Below are positions 10,054-19,692 of a stretch of 64,000 nucleotides of DNA, piece by piece. A model generated the notes under the pieces. It saw only the letters and a list, made by a program, of their open reading frames with translations. It was not told the DNA's origin and did no database searches. The stretch's first letter is position 1. The number at the start of each line of letters is the position of its first letter. The position numbers and the translations under genes were made by a program. Where the stretch lies: the sequence record PQ390715.1. One strand, given 5' to 3'.

Positions 10054-10966
10054 CTTGAAAAACTTTCAAGCCAAGTAGCTTACGCCACATGAATACGACT
10101 TGTGTTCGGTCATCATATACCTTTTTAACATCGTAATGATCAACCACATTTTTCATGTACAGGTCGAATTTTACAACATCATCAGGACGTTTATCATCGA
10201 TATCTCGCATAAACAATGCATCGTAAGGAACACCCCAATTCTTAAGCCACTGTTCGGTATCCGCACGACACCCTTCAGTACGCCCACTCATGACGATAAT
10301 CTTGCGTTTATGAAAAACTGCTTCAGCGATAATAGACAAAATAACTTCTTCATCAGGTGTATCCTGAAGAACAGTACTTTCATCGTAAGGATTACGACCC
10401 CATTTATGAGCAAGAGTTCCATCGATATCAACGATGATAGCAGCTTCGCGTGAATTACCATAGTAACCAATGTGTAATGCTTTACTATAATAGTACGTAT
10501 CTGCCATTTTGTCAATGATATCATCTGGTACTGAACGCTCACGCTGGAGGTTATATTTCTTACAAAGTTTTACGAACTCTTTAATCTTAAAGAATTCATG
10601 AACATCTGCACCACGGTCTTCATTAGGTACAAAATCATCATAGAAGTTCTTTTCTTTGTAATCATAACCATTATCTGTAGCCCATACTTTCCAGAGATTA
10701 CGGAAATGTGGTTTAAGGTTTGTATCGGATACTATGATGTTCCAACCATTCTCTGCTGCTGAATTTGCTGCACTGAACTGTAAATTATCTACGTACTGCT
10801 CATTAGCATCGTTGAATTTGTAAGCATCATGTGACCCAGCCATAGATTCACGAATATCATCACGGTTGATGTTGATAGTCTTGGATTTGGCTTTTTTAAT
10901 CTCTTGCACTGCCCATGTAGTTTTACCACACCCAGGCAATCCAACTGTTAGTGTGATAGTTGGCAT
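10034..10966 (-). CDS. pseT: polynucleotide 5'-kinase / 3'-phosphatase
   Basis: N-terminal P-loop GLPGCGKTT + NRDDIR; C-terminal HAD motif DIDGT, MSGR, YDDR. Confidence 0.95.
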   Translation of the reverse strand: MPTITLTVGLPGCGKTTWAVQEIKKAKSKTININRDDIRESMAGSHDAYKFNDANEQYVDNLQFSAANSAAENGWNIIVSDTNLKPHFRNLWKVWATDNGYDYKEKNFYDDFVPNEDRGADVHEFFKIKEFVKLCKKYNLQRERSVPDDIIDKMADTYYYSKALHIGYYGNSREAAIIVDIDGTLAHKWGRNPYDESTVLQDTPDEEVILSIIAEAVFHKRKIIVMSGRTEGCRADTEQWLKNWGVPYDALFMRDIDDKRPDDVVKFDLYMKNVVDHYDVKKVYDDRTQVVFMWRKLLGLKVFQVAEGNF

Positions 10967-10969
10967 CCT

Positions 10970-11299
10970 TTAATCCTCTAAAAATTTAACATGCTCTATA
11001 TTATGATAGGTGAGCCATTCCTGTGGTGTTCCCTTTCGTATTAAAACACCAATATACGCAATACCATTAATTAGACCATTACTATCAGTATTCACATCAA
11101 CTTTCACAATCTCGGAATCGTACCAGTGTTTAAATGTGTAATCCCAACATCTGACTTTCTTCCCAATAAGATTGCTCTTGTATTTGTCAATCATTTCATC
11201 GACGATAGTTTGTACTGAATTTTTAATTTCAGCTTCTACTGACTTTATATATAGTAAATTACTTTGTGCATTGTTTATCATTATATTTCCCAACTCCAA
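10970..11299 (-). CDS. family C small paralogue
   Basis: SNLIGKKVRCW. Confidence 0.7.
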   Translation of the reverse strand: MELGNIMINNAQSNLLYIKSVEAEIKNSVQTIVDEMIDKYKSNLIGKKVRCWDYTFKHWYDSEIVKVDVNTDSNGLINGIAYIGVLIRKGTPQEWLTYHNIEHVKFLED

Positions 11300-11495
11300 A
11301 TCGCTTGGAGATTTTCACAAGTACAGATTCATCACAACGAATACTAGCAGTATCATTGGATGAACTGTACTTTAATGGGGTCCACTGTAATTGAGATTCT
11401 TCTAGGAACTTGATACATCTGAAATAATCTTTCAAGGAAAGAAATTTAACTACTGACATATCCTGAACAATACTATGCTGAACTTCAACTTTCAT
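11259..11495 (-). CDS. hypothetical protein
   Basis: GGAG SD before ATG at 11495. Confidence 0.65.
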   Translation of the reverse strand: MKVEVQHSIVQDMSVVKFLSLKDYFRCIKFLEESQLQWTPLKYSSSNDTASIRCDESVLVKISKRFGVGKYNDKQCTK

Positions 11496-11504
11496 ATGAA
11501 CTCC

Positions 11505-11762
11505 TTATAGTGGGTCAAATTTATTTTCACGTTTCGATGTATAGCGAGTTACATCATGTATTCTCGGCTTAACACCTTTTGGTTTCCTTTTCTTCTTGTA
11601 TTCAGTACTACTACATCCGAAGGTATTCTCGATTCGTTTCTTACTTATCTTCACACCTTTCATTGAGCGTTTGTGCTGTAATTCATCGATTTCTTCTTGT
11701 ATTTTCCTGAACTCAGTCGGAGAAAGGGAACCGTCATTTTTATACTTAGGTTTAGCCATCAC
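11505..11762 (-). CDS. small basic protein
   Basis: Lys/Arg-rich 85 aa; AAGGAG SD. Confidence 0.7.
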   Translation of the reverse strand: MMAKPKYKNDGSLSPTEFRKIQEEIDELQHKRSMKGVKISKKRIENTFGCSSTEYKKKRKPKGVKPRIHDVTRYTSKRENKFDPL

Positions 11763-11789
11763 TTCTCCTTGTGCTTAGGCTAGATAGTA

Positions 11790-12932
11790 CTAAAAATCCT
11801 TTAGTACAATTTTCATGTATTTTATAAGAGTCTCTTTGTAATCAACTTTCTTATTGTTATACATTGCAAAGGCCAAGCCCTGACGATTCAGTTCATTAGT
11901 TAAACACTCCTGAACCTTCATTGCGAATTCCTTTCGCTCCAAGTGCTTGTGTTCCTTGACGAAGCTTTCTACTTCATCTTGTAATGCATTATAGCACGAA
12001 AATACCAATTGTTCCATTCTTAATATCTTTTGCATAGCATATTCATCAGTACTGAACAATTGTTTTAAATCATCACTTGAACCATTTAATACTGCTTCAT
12101 ATAAATGAGAATCAATAATAATACTATCTTTTGTAAGATGTAATGAACTGTACCAGTCAGTCTTTATTTTACACATTGTCCCATTATTTAGGATGCACAC
12201 AAAACCCTCAATATCAAGCATTTTATGAACTTCCTCCACGCTTTCACGGAAGGTATTTCGTACCGGAAAAGTGTGATGAATATCTTTTCCAGTCATATTA
12301 GTACTGTACTGTGCAAGACATGGAAACTTATCACGTAGTGCTTTACCACATAGCAACTCACCACTCACACGATGACGAACGTTCAGTACAAACAGTTGTT
12401 CTACCTGATATGGTAATACAATTCGGTACTCTGGGCTTGTATACTCCATATTAACTGTGTAACCTAAACGTTCCGCTTCGTCGATGTACTGATACAAATT
12501 CTGGTTCTCGTTAATAAGTCGAGTACTGTTAATCGCATGGTCAGAATACAATGCAGTATGTGATTTACAACGAATCTCACCATCATTATCACGGTAAGTA
12601 CTGATAATCGAACCATCCAACTTAGGCATCACTACCGCAATGTCATCGCATGTGGTGTTAGCAGGGAACATTGTAGCAGGATTCTCGTAAGCATTGAAGA
12701 ACTTTTTCATTGTACGTGCTGCACAACGTATCATTTCACCTTCTTCATCAATTTCCCACATAGAGCCACGGGTTTCCAACGCATTTGGTTGCATGAAATC
12801 AGTGTATGATGCTAGACGATAACTGAATACACGATACGTGCCACCAGCAGGACTTTTATGATCCACATAAAAGAATGCATCGTTTGTATTACATAAGTGC
12901 ATTAAATCTTCATATATTTGCAAAAGGGTCAT
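11790..12932 (-). CDS. rnlA: RNA ligase 1 (T4 gp63/RnlA-like)
   Basis: YRLASY, RG..WEIDE, KFFN, KLDGSII, EYTSP.YRIV..Y, EGFV, KIKTDWY. Confidence 0.93.
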   Translation of the reverse strand: MTLLQIYEDLMHLCNTNDAFFYVDHKSPAGGTYRVFSYRLASYTDFMQPNALETRGSMWEIDEEGEMIRCAARTMKKFFNAYENPATMFPANTTCDDIAVVMPKLDGSIISTYRDNDGEIRCKSHTALYSDHAINSTRLINENQNLYQYIDEAERLGYTVNMEYTSPEYRIVLPYQVEQLFVLNVRHRVSGELLCGKALRDKFPCLAQYSTNMTGKDIHHTFPVRNTFRESVEEVHKMLDIEGFVCILNNGTMCKIKTDWYSSLHLTKDSIIIDSHLYEAVLNGSSDDLKQLFSTDEYAMQKILRMEQLVFSCYNALQDEVESFVKEHKHLERKEFAMKVQECLTNELNRQGLAFAMYNNKKVDYKETLIKYMKIVLKDF

Positions 12933-13237
12933 TTTATTACCTCTATATCTACATCAGTTCCATAATATGATATTAATCCATCATCAGATTCACACTGAAT
13001 AGACAACTCAGATTCATAGTATGTTACTTTATTCACTGTTAGTACTTGTTCTTCAATTACTCCAGAAAAATAATTCATCTCACGTACACGAACTTTAGTT
13101 CCTTTAGGTAGTTCATCTGAGATTTTTCGAACAAGATCATAAGCAGCCTGTTCAAGTGTGTACAGTAATTGTAATCTATCTTGAATATTCATATTATTTC
13201 CACCAACTGGTATCACGTCCATTAGACAAAGATTCAT
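12929..13237 (-). CDS. family C small paralogue
   Basis: DELPKGTKVRV; likely start MNIQDRL. Confidence 0.65.
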   Translation of the reverse strand: MNLCLMDVIPVGGNNMNIQDRLQLLYTLEQAAYDLVRKISDELPKGTKVRVREMNYFSGVIEEQVLTVNKVTYYESELSIQCESDDGLISYYGTDVDIEVIK

Positions 13238-13883
13238 TGTACTGATGCCTAAAATTAGTTTTTGGATTATTGTTCATAGTACTAATAAAATCAAATTTAA
13301 CATTCTCTTGAATATATTTTTTAACACTATCTTTAAATTTAATAGTACTGAAGTCTAAATCTAGATGTTCATACAATACCGGATGACAAAACTCATGTGT
13401 ACGCAACGCTGGCATGGTATCCTTAATGTATTGCACAGTGTTAATCATTGCATTGTATTCAGGCATAGCACGCATCATCATTAGCTGAAAGTGTTCTTCC
13501 TCTGACATTGACTCATCCAAATCAATAACGACTTCATCATTTTTAGAGTCATAAACTTTAATGGTACTCTTGGTTGGATCAAGCATAGCCCACTCTGGAT
13601 ACAGGCATGTTTTCCAAAAAGGATTATTGCACTGAAACATACTAATGAGATTTTGATCTTTATCAAAAATAGCAAATCCAAGATCCGAACTTGGTTGTAC
13701 TTCACATACACAAATATCGTAAGACGAGTCTTCAGTACTGAGTGAACCAACTACATTTGATATATGTGAATATGGAGTTTCTCTTGACTCCAACTGAAAT
13801 GTACTTTCAATTCGATTGATTTGTGGATGTAATGTAATTACACCCCTTAGTACATATAAAATTCTATCTAAATCTTTAATCAA
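13194..13883 (-). CDS. hypothetical protein with family A-like motif
   Basis: SEEEHFQLMMM. Confidence 0.7.
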   Translation of the reverse strand: MIKDLDRILYVLRGVITLHPQINRIESTFQLESRETPYSHISNVVGSLSTEDSSYDICVCEVQPSSDLGFAIFDKDQNLISMFQCNNPFWKTCLYPEWAMLDPTKSTIKVYDSKNDEVVIDLDESMSEEEHFQLMMMRAMPEYNAMINTVQYIKDTMPALRTHEFCHPVLYEHLDLDFSTIKFKDSVKKYIQENVKFDFISTMNNNPKTNFRHQYNESLSNGRDTSWWK

Positions 13884-14458
13884 AATTCTATCCCCGTATC
13901 AGTTAATTTCGTTCCGTCCATGTACTTAACAGTTATTTCAATGCGTCGATCAGTACTCAATTTTTGAAGATCATTGTAGTACAATTTAAATTCTTCAAAG
14001 AACTCAAGTGGTGGAATATCGTATAAAGTACTAATCTGGAAGTGCTCAGGTAATCCAAATTCCAATATATCAATCTTAGGCATAAGTCCATCGGCTGCTG
14101 CACCTTCTGGAGTACTGCTATCTGCTACATAAAACATAGAATTACCATGACGCTGGATAACGAATATGCAATCATCTTCACTTACATAAATCATATTTCC
14201 AAGGTATGGATCGTTATCACACCAATTATCATGGACGAGTTGTTCAACTTGAAGTAAATCTTTTATAATTCCCTGACCACTATCGTCAACTAGAATATGT
14301 AAACCAGAACAATCTTTGCTCAACCAGCGGTATCTTGCATCACATCCTGATTCCATAAATGGATATTTTGAAAAATCCATATCTGTACCATTATAAAACC
14401 AATCGTACCACTCGTTACGCATAGTAATCAGCTTAGTACTTAATTCTAATACATTCAT
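13880..14458 (-). CDS. hypothetical protein with family A-like motif
   Basis: LPEHFQISTLYD. Confidence 0.7.
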   Translation of the reverse strand: MNVLELSTKLITMRNEWYDWFYNGTDMDFSKYPFMESGCDARYRWLSKDCSGLHILVDDSGQGIIKDLLQVEQLVHDNWCDNDPYLGNMIYVSEDDCIFVIQRHGNSMFYVADSSTPEGAAADGLMPKIDILEFGLPEHFQISTLYDIPPLEFFEEFKLYYNDLQKLSTDRRIEITVKYMDGTKLTDTGIEF

Positions 14459-14465
14459 TTTAGTT

Positions 14466-14768
14466 TTATCCTCTTATTTTTATAGTACTGGCTGGATATT
14501 CTACCAAAGTATTATCTGGTAATCCTATACAGTAATAAGGGAAATACCCCATCTTTATATTAATACCAATTAAAATTCCTGTTTTATATGAAGTATTAAT
14601 TCCATAGTAATCGTCTATATCAACAGCAAGTCCATATAATGATATGTTACAATCCTTGATATATCGGTCAAACATTTTATACATTGCAGAATATAAAGTT
14701 CCATTGGATTGTCTCACCAAATCAGCCAACATTTTGATAGTACTGTTAATTAAATCTATACTGAACAT
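14466..14768 (-). CDS. family C-like small paralogue
   Basis: Helical N-half, beta tail KTGILIGI. Confidence 0.6.
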   Translation of the reverse strand: MFSIDLINSTIKMLADLVRQSNGTLYSAMYKMFDRYIKDCNISLYGLAVDIDDYYGINTSYKTGILIGINIKMGYFPYYCIGLPDNTLVEYPASTIKIRG

Positions 14769-14812
14769 CTTTGTACCTGCGAAAAAAGACCAGCAAACGC
14801 TGGCCTAAGAAT

Positions 14813-15094
14813 TTAAATTATTTCATAAAGACAATATACACCATCAACGCCATAATCAGGAAAATCAACATAGAAATTCACACTAACAGTGTCGTCATCT
14901 ATATCAGTGATTCGTCCGGTTTTACCTACACTTTTTACAAATATATCAGTACCAAGATACACGAACTCAAATTGGTCCGCATACTCTTTTATGATATCTG
15001 CGAACCCACAACCACACCTAGGTTCTGTGTTAATAATTTCAAGATATAATGTAATATATTGTTCGTATGTCCATGTGTGTAGATAAAAATCCAT
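14813..15094 (-). CDS. family C-like small paralogue
   Basis: FVYLGTDIFVKSVGKTGRITDI. Confidence 0.6.
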   Translation of the reverse strand: MDFYLHTWTYEQYITLYLEIINTEPRCGCGFADIIKEYADQFEFVYLGTDIFVKSVGKTGRITDIDDDTVSVNFYVDFPDYGVDGVYCLYEII

Positions 15095-15104
15095 AGCAGT
15101 TACC

Positions 15105-15842
15105 TTAGAAATATATCATACCCATCAATTCAGAATCGGCGGGGCGAGTATAACCTTGCTTCTTAACTTTAAAATAGAATGATTCATGCTCTTCTAAATT
15201 ATAACGTTTTTTCAAGCAACGAGTGTATGTCTGACAATTTGGGTGAACCCATTCATAAATGTGAATGCCATTTTCGTCATAACCATTTATACTACAACGA
15301 TTTCCTTCATGCTTCATGAAGTTTTTACTTTTTTCAGTAAATTCTTTCACTGTAGTTGTATATGGAGATTTGTATTCAAAAGGAACTTCAGTCATACGAA
15401 AATAATAGTATTCTTCGTCTTCATCATATCCCAAGAGCACTGTGTTAGTTTCACGTACATTGTAATGATTCTTACTTTTTAATTCATTTTCGTATATATC
15501 TTTCAGTACTTCTGCAAAAACTTCCTCGCTTGATGCATTAGGATTAGATACACCTGATACTCGTCGTTCAATAATAAAATCAGTGAATTTACGGTCTTCG
15601 GCAATATCTTCGTTCATATAAAGACTAACAAACTTATCCTTATATGTCTTTACACTATATTGCTTACTTTGTACTTCACTATAAACATCTGCTAACATAT
15701 TCTCCTGACCACACTGCACACCACTTACAGAATAAGCACATGCATGTTCAGCCATTACTGATGTTAACATTTGGAAATTTGCCATGTTTAATTCATTCGC
15801 CATCTCTGTAGCGAAACGGATACGGTCAAGCATTTCACACAC
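15105..15842 (-). CDS. hypothetical protein, possible PD-(D/E)xK nuclease
   Basis: 245 aa; ADV-x10-YSVKT pattern; GTG start with AAGGA SD. Confidence 0.6.
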   Translation of the reverse strand: MCEMLDRIRFATEMANELNMANFQMLTSVMAEHACAYSVSGVQCGQENMLADVYSEVQSKQYSVKTYKDKFVSLYMNEDIAEDRKFTDFIIERRVSGVSNPNASSEEVFAEVLKDIYENELKSKNHYNVRETNTVLLGYDEDEEYYYFRMTEVPFEYKSPYTTTVKEFTEKSKNFMKHEGNRCSINGYDENGIHIYEWVHPNCQTYTRCLKKRYNLEEHESFYFKVKKQGYTRPADSELMGMIYF

Positions 15843-15891
15843 TCCTTGTGTTAATTATTGTTCCTTACCCATTATTATATCATGAATTAAA

Positions 15892-16188
15892 CTATTGTCC
15901 CTGTTTATAGCAATAAAGATTCTCTAATTTAAAATCTACTAGATCACATTCAGAACGTACTCGATTCTTGTTCCAGAATAAAATACGAATCCTTTCATAA
16001 TCACGATAAACACTAATAATGCTTCTGTGCTTGGATTTGTAGTAATCCTGTACTATCCCCAGATACACAGTCCTCAATAAAGACTTAGTTGGATAGGGCA
16101 TATTCTGTGCTGACGTGATATCGTAAATCATCTTCATTGTTTCAGCAACAAGTACTTCATTTGTTCTCATTGTAATCCTTACATACAC
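15892..16188 (-). CDS. hypothetical protein (likely start MRTNEVL)
   Basis: ORF track; overlaps the small TM gene. Confidence 0.6.
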   Translation of the reverse strand: MYVRITMRTNEVLVAETMKMIYDITSAQNMPYPTKSLLRTVYLGIVQDYYKSKHRSIISVYRDYERIRILFWNKNRVRSECDLVDFKLENLYCYKQGQ

Positions 16189-16333
16189 TATGTAAAGTAA
16201 ATCCTAATCCAACACCGACAAATGGAAATAGTAAATTGATATACCAAGTATTAATTGATGAAAGTAAACAAATCCCACATACTGTCAGTACTGCCAATGA
16301 AAAAAGACTCCAGATAAAAAATACTGTTCTCAT
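16157..16333 (-). CDS. small membrane protein (58 aa, below track cutoff)
   Basis: Manual translation MRTVFFIWSLFSLAVLTVCGICLLSSINTWYINLLFPFVGVGLGFTLHSVCKDYNENK. Confidence 0.6.
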   Translation of the reverse strand: MRTVFFIWSLFSLAVLTVCGICLLSSINTWYINLLFPFVGVGLGFTLHSVCKDYNENK

Positions 16334-16620
16334 AAAAATGTTACCTCATCAAATGAAAAGTTTAAGTACGTTGTTGAATCTTGGTCTAAACTATGAATAG
16401 TAATATGACCATTGAAATAAAAAGAAACATCAACTATTTGAAGTTTTGGGTATTTTCTAGTACTGAAATACCTTCCTACTACTAAGTCAGAAAACATATT
16501 TCTGTATTCTTGTGTTACGTTTTTGTATAGGTTATGTAGAGCACTTTCTTGTGAATCGAAAGTAATGGAATAATCTTTCACCAATATAGCATATGTTTTC
16601 TGCATTAAAATGATATTCAT
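16330..16620 (-). CDS. family C small paralogue (TY subgroup)
   Basis: QKTYAIL...DLVVGRYF. Confidence 0.65.
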   Translation of the reverse strand: MNIILMQKTYAILVKDYSITFDSQESALHNLYKNVTQEYRNMFSDLVVGRYFSTRKYPKLQIVDVSFYFNGHITIHSLDQDSTTYLNFSFDEVTFL

Positions 16621-16880
16621 AAATCTCCTAATATCTCAAAAATTATTGATATTGGGTATACTGGGTTATCAGATGAAGTAACACATACTATTAGTACGTT
16701 TTTTCCAGGTGCTACATCCTTTACCGTGAAATTAATATTATTAAGAATCAGTGATTTACCAATATAATGCTCTTTCAATAATTCAACAAAATAATCCAGT
16801 ACTGGATTATCTGCACTATATGATAACTCAGTACTTGATATCATTTTATATGTATGAACTATTAGTTCAGCTTTAGTCAT
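16617..16880 (-). CDS. family C small paralogue (TY subgroup)
   Basis: Start reassigned to MTKAEL (ATGA overlap); HTYKMI...EHYIGKSL. Confidence 0.65.
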   Translation of the reverse strand: MTKAELIVHTYKMISSTELSYSADNPVLDYFVELLKEHYIGKSLILNNINFTVKDVAPGKNVLIVCVTSSDNPVYPISIIFEILGDL

Positions 16881-17073
16881 GAACACGCTCACAATTAAGG
16901 CAATAAATGCACTCAATGTCAGGTCGCCATGATTTATCAAAATCTTTGTGTTGTTCTTCGGTGTATTCCGCATCATCATTAATAGGGAAGAAATCACCAG
17001 CACCAGTCGCCCAGTCTGAATCTAAACGGAAACGAGCTAATTGAGTACTGTTACAATATGGACATTTATTCAA
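16873..17073 (-). CDS. small zinc-binding protein
   Basis: CPYC ... CLNC. Confidence 0.65.
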   Translation of the reverse strand: MNKCPYCNSTQLARFRLDSDWATGAGDFFPINDDAEYTEEQHKDFDKSWRPDIECIYCLNCERVHD

Positions 17074-17350
17074 AATTTATTCCTTCTAACTGATATACGT
17101 TTAATGAAAATGACCCACTATTATTATCGCATCTGAAACACAGTGTTAAAGAACCATTAAAACTAACTACATCCGTACAGATACATTTTTCACCATTGGA
17201 TATGATAGATTTTCCTATATATAAATCTCTTACTATAGTACGGTAATGTTGCCATAAAAAATAATACACACTTTCATAGTACTCATCTTTTACATATGAT
17301 AAGTATAAGAATTTATAAAATACTTGTATTTCCTTTAAGTTGTTTTTCAT
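17066..17350 (-). CDS. family C small paralogue (TY subgroup)
   Basis: EIQVFYKFLY...DLYIGKSI...DVVSFNG. Confidence 0.7.
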   Translation of the reverse strand: MKNNLKEIQVFYKFLYLSYVKDEYYESVYYFLWQHYRTIVRDLYIGKSIISNGEKCICTDVVSFNGSLTLCFRCDNNSGSFSLNVYQLEGINFE

Positions 17351-17624
17351 TCTTCAATTCCAGTAAATTTACACCAATCCAATCAACATCACTATCAGTA
17401 CTTAATTCCAATCGTAGCTTACCGCTATGACTAACAATATCGCGGAATTTGTATATTTTATTATCACGAACTATACACAAATCATGGTAATATTCATGTA
17501 ATTCATCCAAAAACTTTATCCATACCGAACGATAGATTTCACTGTAGAGATATTCTCCAGCATCAACCGTAGCGTATTGGATATACAAAAATTTGTATGT
17601 GAATTGTATATCATTTAATAACAT
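17313..17624 (-). CDS. family C small paralogue (TY subgroup)
   Basis: NDIQFTYKFLY...DIVSHSGK. Confidence 0.7.
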   Translation of the reverse strand: MLLNDIQFTYKFLYIQYATVDAGEYLYSEIYRSVWIKFLDELHEYYHDLCIVRDNKIYKFRDIVSHSGKLRLELSTDSDVDWIGVNLLELKNEKQLKGNTSIL

Positions 17625-17634
17625 ATGTAACCTC

Positions 17635-17946
17635 TTATAAATTCACCAACTTCACAACTTTAATCTCGATAAATCCCCTATCGGTTATTTCCTGAAATTG
17701 AACATGGATTATACCATTATATGATTGCACACCATAGAAATCGAATTTATCATTTCCATCGATAAAAGTACTGTAATTCTTTTTTATATATTCACCTACT
17801 GAATCTAAGTACTCAATATATAAATCAATAAATGGTTGTTCTTTGGATCGGTTATGTGAACCTATGTTGTTACTAACAAGGTATACATCATACAAATCAT
17901 ATAGGATCTTATAAGTGAATTGTATATCATTTAAATTTAATCCCAA
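17635..17946 (-). CDS. family C small paralogue (TY subgroup)
   Basis: NDIQFTYKILY...GVQSYNG. Confidence 0.7.
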   Translation of the reverse strand: MGLNLNDIQFTYKILYDLYDVYLVSNNIGSHNRSKEQPFIDLYIEYLDSVGEYIKKNYSTFIDGNDKFDFYGVQSYNGIIHVQFQEITDRGFIEIKVVKLVNL

Positions 17947-18203
17947 GGGAATATCTCCAACGGAATACTGGTAAATCCAAAATCAGTGTAGTACTGAACC
18001 TCAACTTTACCATCACGTCTAATGATTATATCAGAAAATTCTGCATGGTCATCACCAATAATAACAGTACTGAATTTTTTTTTAATCTTACCACGAATCG
18101 TATGAATCATTTCAGTGCATGTGTCTTCTAGACTAGGGCTATCATTGTCGTGTGCTAAATCTCGAATAATCTTGTATGTTAGTAGGAAATCTTTATAATT
18201 CAT
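17937..18203 (-). CDS. family C small paralogue (TY subgroup)
   Basis: MNYKDFLLTYKII. Confidence 0.7.
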   Translation of the reverse strand: MNYKDFLLTYKIIRDLAHDNDSPSLEDTCTEMIHTIRGKIKKKFSTVIIGDDHAEFSDIIIRRDGKVEVQYYTDFGFTSIPLEIFPWD

Positions 18204-18475
18204 ATGTCCACCAAATCTATACTATATCTTTCATTAGTATTACTATCTATAAATGATAGTACTAATTTACCACCAAAACTATTAACTTGTTCTATCTTCT
18301 GTTTTTTACCACGAATGATTATCTCACTATTAACAAAATATTCACGTATCATTATTAAGTGATTAATCCAGATAGTATGAGTGAATGTGTTTTCTCGTAT
18401 TGTATTGAGATATCTTCCATTGTGATGTAAATCAAACAAAACACTGTATGTATATTGTAGAACTTTATAATTCAT
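18200..18475 (-). CDS. family C small paralogue (TY subgroup)
   Basis: MNYKVLQYTYSVL...QVNSFGGK. Confidence 0.7.
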   Translation of the reverse strand: MNYKVLQYTYSVLFDLHHNGRYLNTIRENTFTHTIWINHLIMIREYFVNSEIIIRGKKQKIEQVNSFGGKLVLSFIDSNTNERYSIDLVDI

Positions 18476-18487
18476 ATATCCCCTTAC

Positions 18488-18517
18488 AAAAATAGCCCGA
18501 ACTTATGTCGGGCTATG
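18488..18517 (-). terminator. Rho-independent terminator
   Basis: Minus strand ATAGCCCGACATAAGTTCGGGCTATTTTT. Confidence 0.8.
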
Positions 18518-18521
18518 TACA

Positions 18522-19208
18522 TTATTCATCGTCGTCATCGTCATCTAGATCGATATAGATACTATCATCACCATCATCAAAGTACTCCACAATAACTCCT
18601 GGAATATTAAGAGCAGTAAACATTGCATCATATTTCTCATCAGATGGAATCAAAACAAATTCATCAATGTTTTGGACTTCTGGCATTTTATCTTCGGGGA
18701 TACCCATATCAACAAGTGACTGAATAATCTTTTCTTTGAATTCTAAAAACTTCTCTTCAGATTCAAAATCCATAATAAGCTGTGCAACATATCCTTCATC
18801 GTTACCGAATGAAATTGACATTTGTGCATCCGTACCGACATAGCACCAAACACGTTTACCTGTGTGCTGCTCAATAAAGTTTTGAATCTGTAACACAATG
18901 TCATGGCGAGAACTGTTAGCAATGTTGTTAATATTTTCTACACCAGCATTAATTCCAGTACTGTCATTTGTTTCTTCAAATTCACCATAATCACCCAATA
19001 CATACTGTACACCTTCATGATGTAATGCATATGCATAGTCAAGGTCAGCGAGTGAATCGCACTTTCCACGGATCGGACGTAGGGAAAGACCTAAGCGAAG
19101 ATAACGGAAATATGTATTAGTATTTGTATTTGTCAACGTAATGCTCCTTAACAATATAAAAGTAGTTGCTGTTATTGTCAAAAAAGATAACCATCCCTTT
19201 ATAGACAT
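18522..19208 (-). CDS. acidic hypothetical protein
   Basis: Long frame ending DLDDDDDE; start uncertain (92-nt overlap with upstream ORF). Confidence 0.7.
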   Translation of the reverse strand: MSIKGWLSFLTITATTFILLRSITLTNTNTNTYFRYLRLGLSLRPIRGKCDSLADLDYAYALHHEGVQYVLGDYGEFEETNDSTGINAGVENINNIANSSRHDIVLQIQNFIEQHTGKRVWCYVGTDAQMSISFGNDEGYVAQLIMDFESEEKFLEFKEKIIQSLVDMGIPEDKMPEVQNIDEFVLIPSDEKYDAMFTALNIPGVIVEYFDDGDDSIYIDLDDDDDDE

Positions 19209-19416
19209 TTACACCAATTTTGATTTCACATATGTTATTTGATTTACTGGCTTCAGTCAATAACATTTTGTGCTCTTTACTGAAAGTGTGGAACAGTGGT
19301 TTGACATGCCACATTTCGATACCATCCAGTACTGAAAATTTTTCACTAAATTTAATCATTGATTCTTGTAAAAAATATCCTGTAAGATTTATTTCATCAC
19401 ACATGCAAGTTTCCAA
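19117..19416 (-). CDS. hypothetical protein
   Basis: 99-aa ORF. Confidence 0.55.
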   Translation of the reverse strand: METCMCDEINLTGYFLQESMIKFSEKFSVLDGIEMWHVKPLFHTFSKEHKMLLTEASKSNNICEIKIGVNVYKGMVIFFDNNSNYFYIVKEHYVDKYKY

Positions 19417-19690
19417 GAAAATTAATCACATCTGCATGTGATAATGTATCATTACCTTCTAGTACATTAATGATAAACGGCACTTGACGATATAGTTCAG
19501 CCAGGAATTGAACCTCATCAGATGTGTAAGAATATCCCATAGGAACAACCTGTGCAGTCCAGTTTCCTAGAGTTTTGTTAGCAATAATTGCAACTACAGT
19601 ATTACCTTTGTATTCAACATGGATGGAACGAAATCCTGATTGCTCATTTTGATCCCAAAGTACTGGATTGGTTTTGAACAGTACTGACAT
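19397..19690 (-). CDS. hypothetical protein
   Basis: 97 aa; GAGG SD. Confidence 0.7.
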   Translation of the reverse strand: MSVLFKTNPVLWDQNEQSGFRSIHVEYKGNTVVAIIANKTLGNWTAQVVPMGYSYTSDEVQFLAELYRQVPFIINVLEGNDTLSHADVINFLGNLHV

Positions 19691-19692
19691 AA

